The notes beneath the pieces were generated by a model. It was given only the letters and a program-made list of their open reading frames with translations, was not told where the DNA came from and searched no databases. The position numbers were made by a program, and so were the translations under genes. This document shows, in pieces, positions 1-14,200 of a stretch of 64,000 nucleotides of DNA (positions within the stretch are counted from its first letter, which is position 1; the number at the start of each line of letters is the position of its first letter). The DNA comes from Magallana gigas (taxonomy: Eukaryota), in NCBI RefSeq assembly GCF_963853765.1, contig NC_088857.1:48670001-48734000 (forward strand), given 5' to 3'.

Positions 1-834
1 CCATTGACAAAATCAAGAAGGAAATAAAACAGTCTATCCACGCTAGCTCTTTTCCCGGAAATCAGACACGGAAATTTTTACTTTATTTCAAAAACAACTT
101 GAGTGACATCAAGGCATTCAGCCTCAGCAGGCGTTAATTACATGTATATATGTCATTGTGGTCACCCTTATTCTTTAACCTCCCTTAAAAACAAATTGTG
201 TATTATTATATTTGTCCATCGACATCCTTATATACGCTTTTAAACATAATTATCATCTGTTTTCCCTTTAGTTTTATTATTCTTATTTAGTTTTGCCTCA
301 CTTTCATTTCTTGAAATTCTCTTATGTATTTTCTATTCTTTTTGTCACAAGTGCATACTTAATTAAAACAAAATTGACACTCCAAGTTTTATTCGATATT
401 TTTTTTACTTTCATTTTCTTGTTTGTCAGTGTATAAACAGTCGTTTAAAGTAGGCGATACTCGGAAATTTGCTGTTATAGATTTAGACTTTGACTTTCCT
501 GAACTAAGGATTACTCAATTAATGTCGGGTTGCTTCGTCCAGAATATATAGTGAACATTTCCGGATCAAAAGCTTTTCACCCACGTAGAGAATAATATAT
601 ATACTTAAATAGTATTGTAATATTAGGGGCTAATTTTAAATGATAAAAACGATAAAAAGATCTTAAGTTTTTAAAAAGTGAGAAAAACACATTTCAACAA
701 AGTTTTTCAAAAGTCAACCGATTTTCATTTTTTTCCCTTTAAGGTAGAAGAATTCGCGTCCATAGTTTAAAATATAATTCGAAACAGCATTTTAATACTA
801 AAACAATAAAATGCTTCCTCTACTGTAGTGTTTC

Positions 835-3464
835 ATGCCGTTGTTATATAGTGCCTTTTCCCCCTAGCCATCTTTCCCCCCGGAAAAATGGCTATATAGC
901 AGTTCTTCCCCCCGGAAAAATGGCTATATAGCAGTTTTTCCCCCACGGAAAGCTGACTATATAGTGGGCTTTCCCCCTTTTTATAGCCAGATTACCCCCT
1001 CGGAAAACCTACTATATAGTGGATTTCCCCCTAGTTTTACTTTCCGGCCATGTTTATTGCGGACCATTCGTGACAATTATTTGCAATTCCTGATATGATA
1101 TTAATTTCTCAAAAAAAGGATACTTATGGCATTTATTAATACATAGAATAAAATATATGGTTTTTTCAACCCCAAATATGAACTAAGGCATGCGCATTCA
1201 TAACATTCATGTGTCATCATCGTTTATTTCACCTATTCTCACACCTTTTTGGTACACCTTTTACACGGATTTTGAATACCTCGAATCTTTTTCATCTAAT
1301 CGATACTTATCTACAGTTTTCACTTCAACGTTATGAACAAGTGAGAACACATTTGAGTGAAAATACGCCGGTTTGGAACTTTAATTTTCCAATGTAATAC
1401 CATCAATGTATAAGCTTCTCCCAGGGAACTAACTGACCAATCTTGACTTAATTTTGTAGAGGAATGGAATAAAAAGTGGAAATGTATTACTCCCTTCGTC
1501 CAAAAGGCTATCAATTTTAAATTAATACCGTTAGAATTGACGATCTTAAAAACAATTATATATTTCTTTTTCTGAATTTCAAACGGGAGACAGGATGCAA
1601 TGATATGATGAAAAACTGAAATGATTTAGTTTTACTTTGATTGATGGGGTTCTTAATCATAGGTAAGGGGTATTTTAATTATGAATTAAAAGCATGTGTA
1701 AAGTTGGTGTTTACCATTTCGTTTTAAAGTTACGCATATCCATATTTTTAAGCACATTTCTACGAAACGCGAGATATTATGATGTAAACATTTTAAAAAA
1801 CAATGAAAACTCTTCACAACCAGAACAATGTCGGTATCTTTGCTGGTTACTTTGGAAAATGTGAAATGGAGCCTGAACTAACTTTATGTTTATATCGTCA
1901 CTCACTATTTGCTAATTGTTCCACTATTAAGTTTGCAACGTGATTTATAAACATACAATTTTGAAAACGATGCCATATAAATCAAGATATACGATTCAAT
2001 TACCTAAAAAATTTATACTATTTGTTTCATATGTTTGCAATATAGATTTACTTGTGAACCATATTATTTCCTCGAACAATTAAACAACGGTAATTAAAAA
2101 AACAAAACAAAAACAAACAAACAAAAAACAACAAACACATATATTGTGATGAGCTGACTTTTTTCAAAGATAAGCTTGTTCTTCTTATCAACTTACGAGT
2201 AAAAAAGTCGTATATGCGCTTAGGTTGGTTATTGATTTTGGTTTTCGGTTTCTTCTTTTATGAATAAAAGTTCATTGATTTATTTATCTAATTATTTATT
2301 ATATCATTGGTCATCTTATGAATTGATTGAATGTTTTGACGAATAATGAATTTTACCTGCGTACCTTTTTGAAAAATTTTGTTCGTAAATTTAAAAAAAG
2401 CAGCAGAATGAAACATAATTTTCAATCATTTTGATAAAGAAATATATGAGTGATTGTGTATTTTTAAATGCTATTTTTACTTTTAATTTTAAAATTTGTA
2501 AAAATATGTTCATATGGTCATTTATAGTTTTTAAGATATGGGGCCCTAAAAATACATATTCTTTATAATTGGATTTCAAACATCGGGCTCGAAAACAACA
2601 AAGGCTCCTACCCTGCGTGGGGGCTTAAATTTTCGGTGTCATCTACTAGTGGTATATCACTATCACTGTGAAAATATGGTTAATTGGTCATCTCTAGAAT
2701 TTGAGATTCGGGTCCCCACTAAGAGAACACTATTCAATTATTATAATGGGGTCTTAAACATCGGGCCCTGAAAGATCAAGGGCCCCTACCCTGAGGGCTG
2801 AAATTTTCAGAGTCATCTTCAAGTGGTAAACCACTGCCACTATAGAAATATGGTGATATGGCCATCTCTAGTTTATGAGACATTGGACCCTAAAGAATAT
2901 GCATTATAATTAATATAATAGGATTTTAAAAATCGGGCTCTGAAACATCGGAAACAATATTTCTCTAAAACAGAGGTTTAGCCTTGATGAAATTTTCACA
3001 AACAGACAAACAGTCTGATAGATTTATCAAAAAATTCTTAAAACATTCTCGCTTTTAATACAATTTCAGAACACAAAATTATGCATATAAGTGTATAACT
3101 TGTAAAACTTTTTTCAATAAATTACCTAAATTAAGTTCTATGTGTAATTCCATTACACAAATGTTCAACTTTCAGCATTGTCTATAAAAATAATAAATTG
3201 GCAAAACAAAACTTAACCTGTACAGATGAATGCAGATATACATGTATGCAACATGGGAGTGTAGAAACATTGATTTTAATCCTTACTGGATTTCCATAAA
3301 TATTTTTTATAAAATCTGAACAAAAAACGTGAGGGAGAAACCCTACTATGGGGGAAAAGCTACTATATAGTAGCTTTTCCCCCCGGGGGGAAAGGCTACT
3401 ATATAGTAGGTTTTCCGGGGGGAAAAACTACTATGGGGGAAAAACTGCTATACAACACCGTCAT
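835..3464. mobile_element. Putative non-autonomous foldback-type DNA element with repetitive subterminal inverted arrays
   Basis: Left end ATGCCGTTGTTATATAG (835-851) versus reverse complement of right end ATGACGGTGTTGTATAG (3448-3464): 14/17 identical. Both ends carry tandem copies of a GGGGAAAA-n-CTA(C/T)TATATAG-like motif in opposite orientation (about 840-1035 and 3334-3460). No TSD identified. Confidence 0.5.
2530..2950. repeat. Degenerate tandem repeat, ~175-180 bp unit, about 2.5 copies
   Basis: AAACATCGGGC-like anchor recurs near 2578, 2757 and 2931, with similar following sequence (CCCTACCCTG...AAATTTTC...GTCATCT...AGTGGTA). Confidence 0.6.
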
Positions 3465-6400
3465 AAATGTACATGTATTTTGGCTTTTCAGCAAAAAATA
3501 TACGAGCCGCGTTTTAAGGTTATGAAATGATTGATATTTTAATAGTCTAGCTCGTATGACACACACGTGTCTCTGCAACATTTTTTTTTAAATATGGAGT
3601 TAGTATTACACGTATTCATGCAGGTTCTTATTTTACTGATTTAATAGTATACTACTTAGAATAATGATTAGAATTACACCTTTCTTATGGATTTTGACTT
3701 ATTTGTTTTTTTGTTTTTTTTTTTTTTGTGAAAAAGAAAGTGAGCACACAAGATTGTAAGTTTGCAGGAATCCTCGACACGAATCAATTGGGATTTAAAT
3801 GTCTATAACCTCGAAAGGCTATATACAGGTTTCAACAAAAATATATTATGTTGAGAGTCGAAGTACATGGCTATTCCGGTTATTAAAAAACTCACAAGCT
3901 TTCAAAAAATGGCAATGAGAGGTAAACCGATAACTAGTTGGAAATGTTAATGCAAACATATTTTAATGAATTTATATTGTGTATATCCTAAAAAAAACTA
4001 ATAATAAGAAAAGAAATTAGTGTTCTTACAGCAGATCTAGAAATCAATAACAACAAATTAAAATATACCGGTATATTATAATTCAACATCATGTTATAAT
4101 ATGCCGGTATATTTTAATTATTATTATATATATTTTATATAATAACAAACATTTAAAACAAAAAAGTTTATTTTTTTTTAAAAAGACCCCCAGTTGGATT
4201 TGAACCCAAAACACTGAATGTTTGTTTTCACTAATCCAGGACGAATTCGAAACCACTGAGCCATGCGAGACTTGTCCATATGCTCTATAAAGTACTGTTT
4301 GAAACAACATTGTCATATCAATGGACTTTGCTTTTTATCCTTCAAAAAATAATTTGAAAAAGTACATATTAGTCATCTCTCCATTTTTTTTAAAAATCTA
4401 CATTTTTAATGTTGAAATATGTTACCTTTACACGTTTCAAATTTGTAGAGAGAAGACCCAGAGACAACAAAATCATTTAAAAACAGTTGTAAATAAGTAG
4501 GATTTTGCACGAATTGCATCGTGTTGCTACATTTAGACCCATATTATGATAAAACCTTTTGCATTTCAATTATTTTTCCACTCATTCCACAAGAAACCAA
4601 ATAACGGTTATAATTCGAAAAATATTCAAAATTAATTGATGAAATTTTTACCCTCATTGTGCGCCCAGATTCCTGCCGAATGTACATCTTAAGCGCCGAC
4701 TTTCTTTCTCGCAACGCATGCCTTACGAAATTAAATTTGGTGTCGCATAATCCTCACATCAGTATTGAAATATCGTCTATTATGTATTATTTATCTCAAA
4801 TATAAATGAGAGCGGACCCATTTCAGCTTCACATAAGCAAATATTTTTCCAAAGAAACATTGAGGTGATGTTAAACGTATTACACGTGGCTTCTATTCCT
4901 TATCCTATCACCTAAAATTCAACTGAAATATTATCATGAAACGTATTAATTAAAGAACCAACCTAGGCGCGGTAAATTACCATCAATCTTTTTTCTATAA
5001 TTCAATTTAACAAAACAAAACGGTTTAGTGATATACATGTATAATTATACAATCATTTAAAACAAAAACGTCCCGTGATAATTATGCAATCGATCAATGT
5101 GCAGATATTTACAAATATAAATAGACCGGTTTTGAAAACTTGAGGTGTATTAATGAAAATGCTGCACCACGAACTGCAGTCATTGCTTGCTGTTAACAAA
5201 ACAACAACCTTTGATCCGCTCCTTTCTTTACTGCTGTTGAGGATAAAACAAAGATGTGGATCAAAGATCTGATTAGAGAAGGAACAGAGATATTAATGCT
5301 ACATATATATATCAGGCTCCAGAGTTTGTGAGTCCATTCATTTGGGAAACCTTATGTATTTTTAAAAACTCTTCCGCTTGTCAGAATGTTAAAGTTATTC
5401 TTGTTGGTAAAATGAGGATTTTGAATTTACTAGGTGGGTTTAAATATAAAAGTTACGTTTTATTAATTCTGTATTTACAATCTCTGAGTAAATTCAAAAA
5501 CAACATGACAACTGAATTCAGATTTGTAAATATGAAGAAGAAATATGTGGGGTTTTTTTTTCACAAACAATAACATGATTTTCTGAATACATTCTAATTT
5601 ATTGTTAAAGTGGAATGTTATATCAAAAATATTGGACTGTAAATTCTAATATACAATTCCATTAATAAAAAAAATATACAGTATTGATATATAATAACAA
5701 AATACTACAAAACTTGATTTCCTTGAGGGAGAATGCACACAACCTGCAGTAAACTGGGAAAAATTGATTATTTACAAATAAAAACACTGGAATGTTTGGA
5801 GTTCTGGTGGACTGAGCAATTTTTTCAGCAACATTATTACACAGTTGTACAAACCAGTTGAAATATTAATTATGTCAATATCATAAACTTGATTGTGCTG
5901 CAATATGATATATACGAACATAACACACATCAAACAAGACTTTATAAAAAATATTATCACTTTCAGGTGTTGGAATTGAGCAGAAAGACAGAGTTGTTAA
6001 CATATCATATATGTCACGCACCAAGTTTTTAATTTAGATAACCAAGTATGAAAACAATGGATGGGAGATATGGCTTGTGGGAAACACTGCACAAGTGACA
6101 TCACAAGATCTGTTCTTCATTTCAAAATCATAGGTTACGTAGGTGGTGTCAGTGCAAGTCAAACAGATGAAAAGATAAACTAGCATTAAACTACACATAT
6201 CGGATACATTTTGTAACAAATTAAGTGTTAACAGCTCTACGAAGTTAAGTAGGAATGTAACCATGGTAACAGAAAATAACACTAAAACTACAAAAGATAA
6301 AGTCAGCTATACACACACAATAATACTAGAAATGTAGAAATCTTCTAGGTGCATAGATAAAATTGGAATGCATCGACTAAAAATATAAGTGTTTTCAGCC

Positions 6401-7033
6401 TCTGGATAAAAAAATGTATATATGACTAAAAAAGCAAGTACTGGACAATGTTATCAAGCTCAAAATATACTTTGTTCAACCTCTGGAATACTACCAGGCC
6501 ATCACAACTGTTACATATAAACTTGTTGATATGTTTGTTCATTGGAAATGAAACTGAGAGGAAAAAACAACTTGTTCATAAAAAAAACAGTCTTAAACTT
6601 ATAATCACACTATATACAGGGGATGGATCTGAATTGTCAGTATCAATACAGTATTTTCTCAACAAATCATTCAAAGCACTTAAAATGCACATCTTCCTGC
6701 TCATCATCTTTTAATTTGTTCTAGATGATAAATATGTAAACTTCAAACTTACCACACTATCTTCATTACTAACTTTTAAAACAGTGTAAATTTTTTATCA
6801 TGTGATTTTTATTTCACTTTTTTCTATAAATCTTTAAAGATTCCTTGAATTTGGACCAATTCTTTTGATTATTTTGCTTAATTTGTGTCACAAATAATCT
6901 AGAATGAACACTTTTTCCTAAAGATGGAGAGAGAGGAATGTCTCATTTCCCTATTCAAAATATTTCGTTTTGACACATTTAGGTACATGAGATCATGACC
7001 GTAGCTATATGAAATCTATGCTGTTTTCAAATT

Positions 7034-10000
7034 TTAACTGATTTCTTGGGGTTCTGACTTGACATCATGCTCTGGGTTGGTCTTAAAGTGCTGCTGCAAG
7101 TCAGTATACTGGGAGAAAGCATGGCCGCAAACACTGCATTCAAATGGAGTGCGGGTATTTATCTTATGCTTCTTCATGTGGACTCTCAGATCATACTGCT
7201 GGCCAAATGCATCGCCACAAATATTACATTCAAAAGCCTTCGTTGTGTCCTGGTGATTTTTCATGTGGAGAAAAAGATCGGATTGATGTGAGTAGGCGTT
7301 GCCACACACATTACACCCAAACGGTTTAACTTCTTCTAAAACCTTAGGGTGAGTCTTTAGATGTTCATTGAAGGGTTCTCTCTCGTCAAATACCATGTCA
7401 CAAACCATGCATTGAAATGTTTGTTTTTCTTTTGAATGTGTAAGCATATGATTGACGAGTTCGCAATTCTGTATGAAGACTTTTCCACACTGGTCGCATT
7501 TGAATGGCCGTTCACCGGTGTGTCGCTTCATGTGAAGGCGAAGGTGGCATCGCTGATTAAACATGTTCCCGCAGACTTCACACCTGAATGGTTTATGCCC
7601 AGTGTGTGTCCTGATATGTAGGTTTAGATGGCCGCTTTGGTTGAATGCTTTGTCACACATGGTGCACTTGTATGGCCTATCTCCCGAGTGTGTTCGCTTG
7701 TGAATCTTAAGTGTGCTTGCTTGACCGAAACCTTTACCACATACATCACAAGTGTAGGGCTTTTCACCTGTATAAACACAATAGAAATAAATCAAAATAA
7801 CATATATTTCTTACTAAAATAAATAACAAAGAATAGGGACCTGACAAGGGGGTTATATATATATATATATAACTATGATATATTTATGTTTATATGTTTA
7901 TAAAGCAATTATGCTCTCCACTAAAAACATATACATGTATATCATACACAGTCAATAGTAATACGCTTTACATTTGCTGGTAAATATTTCATATATTTAA
8001 CAATTTTGAAAATCAACTACAAATGATTGTACTGGAAAACTATTACCCTGGCATCAGAATTGCAGGGGTAGGGGATAAACATATAGTATTACCTTTATTT
8101 TTGCAACAGCACATTGTTCACTTATATTTAGTTACCATGCTGACAGCATACAATTAGTTGGCAAATTACAAGTAACTATGTCAAATACATGCTCAACTTA
8201 GCACAAAACTGCAAGCCTATAGTTATCCTCATTGGCTGTATTTGGGTTGCATATCATATCCATAAAACACAAGAAAACATCAAGGACATTGAGAGTTCAA
8301 TAGACCATAATTATTTTACAAGGTTTTTATTGCATGCATTTCTTAACATTTCATCTATAGAAAGTTTTAGAGTGTTCACTTATATACAAGTAATTTTATC
8401 ATCAAGTGTATTGTATTTTGTCTACTTGTAAATGTTGTTTTGTTAAATTTATTTCAAAAATAATCTGAATTCAATTGATTTTGTTAAAAATGACAATAAC
8501 ATATAAAATTTTCAATCATTATCTCCTTATATCAATAAAGTGTTAATAAAGTCTCCCTTATAAACTTGGCCTAGGTTTATTCCTGAAAGTTATTACCATG
8601 CAGATGACAAAATACTAAAATACTTTGTTATCAAGCAAGATAAGGAGGAACTTGTCGGTTCTAGTGAGAACTTGTATCCAATCCTTTTGATTTAAATAAG
8701 GATTGGAAATATGTTCAAAACAAGCAAGATGAATTTAATTATCAAAAAAATATCAGAAATTTCAGAATACGATAAGCTTTTTATAAGCTTTTTATTTTCT
8801 CAATTGTATTTCAGTAACATTCAATTCTGAATCTCTAAATTGTGCCATTAATTTCTCATAAAGAAAGATAACTCTTTGATATTACTCAAATAATGCCAGA
8901 AAAAAACATGCTGCGGTCATGCATGGGGCATGAATAATCTTACAGCTTACAATAAAGGCAAATACAACACTTCCAAGAGTAACAACAGTGCATATTACCT
9001 TATCATGAAAACCTTGACAAATTATCCAGGATTCCTTGTGAGTGCAAAAGCAAATTTGGTGTGAACATGATATCATAAATTAATTTTAAATTTGTCGATG
9101 AGCATGTCTGATAATACATATTAGTCAAAAGTTCTTACCTGTGTGTGTTCTCATATGAGTTGTCAGTATACAGCTCTGAGCAAAAGCTCTTCCACAAACT
9201 CCACACTTGTATGGCTTTTCTCCAGTGTGTGTTCTCATGTGGACTTTCACGTGGCTCTTGAAACGAATCTTCAGGCCGCACTCTTCGCACTCCGTCCCTT
9301 TATCTTCAGAGTTATGCTGATTCATGTGCTTTCTATACAAATGCAGATAATTGAACTTGTCGCCACATTCAGAGCAAGAGTACGGCTCCTGTCCATCATG
9401 GGTCCGCATGTGAGCATTGAGATCAAACTGTCTTTTAAATCTCTTATCACATCGATTGCACTCAAACTTACAGTGTTTTTTTACCATATTCTTGATCTTT
9501 TTCGAGCCGTCTTTCTCGCTTTCATCACCATCTTCCACTGATTCGTCATCCTTGCACACACCTGAGAGAGCAGCTGCAATGTCAGCGTGGAGTTTGCCTT
9601 GATTGTCAAAATACTCGGGATTTACTCTTATTAAGGTATCATCATCATTATCTATGTGAACATCTAGTTTTCCTGTATTCTCAGCACCCAGGCCATTAAA
9701 GGGAACTTTGTTTAAAGGATCAGATTTGGTCACCACAAATCCGTTTAAACCAGATACTGGCTGTACTACATAAGGTTTGGGATCAACCGACAGTCCTCGA
9801 TCATACCTGTCAAAACAAAGAGTGGATTTCTTGATAAACTCTTCCTTAGCACTGTCCGGAACAAAAACCAAGTGCATGCCAGGAGGAAGATTTCCATTGG
9901 TCGGAACAATATATCCGCTGTTGGAGATGGGGAAGGCTTCTTGTGAGATTACTTTAAAGGTTTCCACGTTGTTGTTTTCAGTGTGAATTAGGTCGTCCCC

Positions 10001-10249
10001 TGGATCCGATGAACCGTTGGTATATCCGTCTGAGGAATGATCCGTGATATCATCCATGGAATTCTGGAGCTGTGCCAGAGGGGCCACCTCTTCTTCTTCC
10101 TCATCATCAAGGATGTAGGTGTACGATTCCACCTCTTCATCATCTGAGTCGGATATCACAGTACATGGTTCCACTCTTCTTGTTGGAGTGCAAAATTTTC
10201 TTTTCCTCCTGGACTTGGAATTTTGTATATCTTCCACTTGAACAGACAT
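7034..10249 (-). CDS. C2H2 zinc-finger transcription factor, 12 fingers, ~614 aa, 2 coding exons
   Basis: Exons 10249-9139 and 7767-7034 (1845 nt, in frame; G|GT junction rebuilds the TGEKPY linker; GT-AG sites). Four CxxC...HxxxH fingers in the first exon and eight in the second, with TGEKPY/SGDRPY/TGHKPF linkers. Acidic low-complexity N-terminal region. Acceptor at 10273-10274 just upstream of the ATG implies a non-coding upstream exon. Confidence 0.92.
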
Positions 10250-11203
10250 CTTTCTGGTCCATCTAGAGAGGTCTAAAAAAAACACAATTTTTTTTTATTT
10301 GGTTAAACTAAAATCATTGTTATCAATAAGAAAATTAAGTGAAATAATTCGGGCAATGTATGCATCAATTTGTAACAGGTTTTAATTTTAACAAAGTTTC
10401 AATAATTACTTTTTCATAATTACAGAATGAATCCCTTAAACATCGGATATCTGCAACTAATAATTTGCTAAAGAATAAAACTAAAGATTTGTTAAAGATT
10501 GTTATTGCCTCAACATTTCCTTTAAGCTTTCAAGTTTTTTGATTTCAATTTCACATTTTACTTCCATATAATTACATTGTAATTATTTGTATGCATTGCC
10601 TTGATTAATATAACAGAGGTATGTTGTTTTGATTTGTCATAGATTTTAGGCCACACCCTAATTCTGAGAGCCTGTTCTCTATATGAGCGCATTTATGATT
10701 CAAGTTGTTGTAAATATGGTAAATTGACACAGTCATATTAATCACTCACAAATCATTCAAAAAGTGCAAATTGTGTGTGCTTGTCTTTATAGTAAAGGTA
10801 CATTGCTAAAGCCTAACAAATTTCAACCCATCTTTGACCTCATGAATTTCAAATCCAGCTGAACACGTGACTCAACTTTCTTTACATTCACCCTTGAGTG
10901 AACCTTTGTGATATTATAACATTAAATCTTTGTCTATCGGGTAAAATTCTGGTAGATAAAGTGCATCGGAGTCCAATTTTGCCTTTTAGAGTTCTGGATT
11001 GGCCAAAAGACACTGACACCGATGTTTCCAGTTGCGATAATATTTATATTAAATTACAATCTTTAAAAAGATTTATTCCTAATGTACAAAGAGCGTAGTT
11101 CAATTCAACTGCATATAAGTCAAATTTTTCAAAATAATAAAATACTTAATTAATTTAATTCTAGATATACACAGAAATGTGATAACATCGAATGAATATC
11201 TTA

Positions 11204-12162
11204 GGCAAAAAAAAAAAAAATATGTGTGTTTCCGGTTTCCTGACCGACCCTATTTTTTATGCACCGACCCTAACACTTTTTATTCTAAATCCAGATTTCC
11301 AACCGTAATTGGTTTAAACAATAGAGTCTTTACAAATCAGAGTTTGAAAAACGCTTGTAACAATCCAATAGAAAACACCACTTATCAATGCGTTTTAAAG
11401 ATTTCTAAGTGCAGATACAGCATGGATGAAATTTATCAAATATAAAAATTATCAATTATCAATTCAATAAATAGTTTCTTAGAGCAGTGATGTGTTATAA
11501 ATTAATATAAAGATGTACATGAAAAAAGCAGAGGCAATTTTTTTTTTTAATTTCTGGGTGTGGAGACTGCAGACATCGTAAGTCTTTAAATAGGCCTAAC
11601 AATCATTCACATTATAAATATGATTTTAAAATGCGGCAATTCAATTGCAAATGGAATTTTTAAAATTAGTCTTAAACCATTAACGATGTAATCATTTTAA
11701 AAAAATTATTGAAAAGATTTTATTCTAAGGCTCTCGTCTGATCAACCAGAATTTCCTCGGTTTCTGAATTCAACGCCTAAAGTTACGATATTAATGTCAA
11801 CTGTTATGTCAGTTGACCATGAAAATAGAACTCATAACTACTATATAAAATATTTGTGGTAATGCGTATTATACTCTGTTAATCTATAGTGGGTGTCATA
11901 TTTATATTTTCTATTTACATGAAAATAAAATCTTCGTAATCATTACAAATTTATCTTAGATTTAAGAAAGCTGAAATTCTGTAACAGTTGTCAGTATCCA
12001 CAATTGCTTCACCTGTAAAATACATTTTCTTAATGTATAGAAAAATCATATGCTAGGAAAGGGGAAAACTTTAAAGCTCAAAAAAAAAAAAAAAAGCCGA
12101 CCTACCTACCCTATTTTAAAATATGATGAAATAGGAAACACACATATTATTTTTTTTTGGCC
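11204..12162. mobile_element. MITE with TTA target duplication (PIF/Harbinger-like)
   Basis: TTA|GGCAAAAAAAAA..TATGTGTGTTTCC at left and GGAAACACACATATTATTTTTTTTTGGCC|TTA at right form inverted termini. TTA flanks both sides (11201-03, 12163-65). Superfamily inferred from the TSD only. Confidence 0.7.
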
Positions 12163-12412
12163 TTATCTCCTTAGAAAAAGAGTTCTGTTAAAAATGAAAA
12201 GTACTCTAGTTAAAGCGTTTATTCAGTTAATTCAACAATTTTTTTTTCCAATGAATAATTACAAAGATATCTTGTAATTTAAGCAGCATAAAACAAAACC
12301 TAAACTTGCCAAATCTAAATTTTTTTGTATATTTATTGTTGGTCCCAAGCTTGAAAAAAAAGTAAGAGTTTTTTTATAGACTGCTTTCTTTGATATCACT
12401 AAACGCACTTAA

Positions 12413-13126
12413 CGAGGCTGGGGGGTGGCTGCCATTTTAAAGCGTTTTTATCTCTATACAAAAAAGATTTTCACTTTAATGTTCTGTAACTCAAACAATG
12501 TACTGAAATTGTCTTTTGAAAGAAATTGATATGATGGTATTGAAGCATTATTTAAGGAGTCAATTGATGGTAAACCAAGGTTTACAAGATGCAAAAAAAT
12601 TATTTCAGCTGTTTTTCAACATTTTCTAAATTTTTCAAAGGGAGGTAACTTGTAAAACTTCAAATATTTTGTTCTAGTATTTTCCTTTTTTTTTTAATTT
12701 CACCATCAAAATTCTTTTTTAAATGCTCAATCTTTATTACACATGTATTGATTATCATTATGTTTAAATTTGGAAATAATCTTGTGGCTACTTCTTTTTT
12801 GTTTTACATATTTGCATTTGTATGACATACATATTTTTGGTAAAATTGTGATATTTTTCTTTATAACAAATAATGTTAAGTTTTTCTTATTGTGTTAATT
12901 TTTTGTGATGTTATTGGTATGCTTTCTGCCTTTATTTATATTTCAAATATTTTTCATATATTTTTTTTTTTTTACATAACGTGCAATTTCTTCAGATGCA
13001 ATAAATGATAAAATTAACGATGATTGTGATGTGGTCTTCCATATTAAAATGTAAATTAAGATTATATGAAACATTTCTGCAAATTAGGTGAATTTTGGAG
13101 AAATTTTTTTTGGGCCCCCAGCCTCC
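12413..13126. mobile_element. MITE with TTAA target duplication (Kolobok-like)
   Basis: TTAA|CGAGGCTGGGGG ... CCCCCAGCCTCC|TTAA; 11/12 TIR match; TTAA on both sides. Confidence 0.7.
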
Positions 13127-14133
13127 TTAAGCAAAGGAAATCCATTTAAATGCATACCGGTAGATATACACAGACTGTCCTTGGACCTTTCTGCTAAATT
13201 ATCGCAATATTCTTGTTTGAAAAGGTAAATTTCAGGTTTTTAAAAAAGGAAAAGATCATAGTGTTTAGGGGATTCATATTTTGTATTTACTTCAAGACAT
13301 GTGTAAAGCTATAAATTTCTTGCTTTTAATTATATTTTTGAAGTTAATTTCTGTCAAGTTTATGTACTTCAGACTCTTAAAAAATACAATTGCTGAATAA
13401 CTCCACCTCAAAAAGGTCACATGGTTCTATTTCTAGAATATCATTAATAACGGGGACAACTGGTCAAAAGAAAAGTATAATGCAAAATTTTTTATTGCAG
13501 CAGATCAAATTTACTACCATGACAGCAAGAAAGACAGACTTCTGCTGAAAGCAAAAAAAAAAAAAGGGGGGGGGGGGGGTTAAAGGAATAATGACTTTTA
13601 GAACCTGAAGCATGGTCACATAATTTATTTATTATCTACATTTAAAAAATCATTACAAACTTATATTTTAAAAAAAAAAACTCAATGAAATTTTGACATT
13701 GCTGACTATATATGACATGGTTTTCAAAGAAATGAAAAACACCTTATCGATATTGAATTATGCAACACAATGGAATCGATGTTGTGCATGTGCACACATG
13801 TGCACTTTAACGAACACATCTCACCTGGGAGTAATGAAAGTTAAATCCACATCGTTAAAAAAAATATAATGCAATATGTTTAAATACAGCATGCCTGCCA
13901 CTTTTTGTACTGTCGGACATGATATAACTAGCCAGTTCACGGTCCGGATCACACGAAGGTATCGTACCCTCGAGCAAGTTTCGGTCTCGAAGTGAGTTGT
14001 AAATGTGAGTTATTGTAAAAAGTTTATCGTCTTTCAAAAACAACTGCTTTCGTGCCAGAAGTTGATATTTAAGTAAACAGAGAGTGATCGAAAATCAAAA
14101 AGTAAATTCAAGCACATTAAAAACTTTTCTCAC

Positions 14134-14200
14134 CTGTAAATTCGCTGCATTGTTGTTAATCTTGAGCAGCGCGACCTATTGAATTTCACCGGATGTTAAA
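14134..14200 (-). promoter_or_regulatory. Candidate non-coding first exon / promoter of the zinc-finger gene
   Basis: Strong minus-strand donor CAG|GTGAGA at 14134/14133. ETS-like CCGGATGT at 14189-14196. Locally raised CpG content. The orphan acceptor at 10273 needs an upstream donor. No transcript evidence. Confidence 0.35.

Noticed and set aside
4190-4265. tRNA-like A/B boxes on the minus strand (also a B box near 55010-55030 on plus)
   Set aside because: Box spacing and stems do not form a cloverleaf. Likely decayed repeat-borne Pol III promoter remnants, not tRNA genes.
6257-6270. RFX X-box-like GTAACCATGGTAAC
   Set aside because: Single short motif with no gene start that I can support nearby.
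7059-10266. Plus-strand ORFs overlapping the ZNF exons, and similar antisense ORFs over the LINE, receptor and gene X
   Set aside because: Shadow frames of genuine coding exons with no independent coding signal.
13855-14043. 62-aa minus-strand ORF near the putative ZNF promoter
   Set aside because: Non-ATG start, no recognisable homology; probably UTR or intron sequence.
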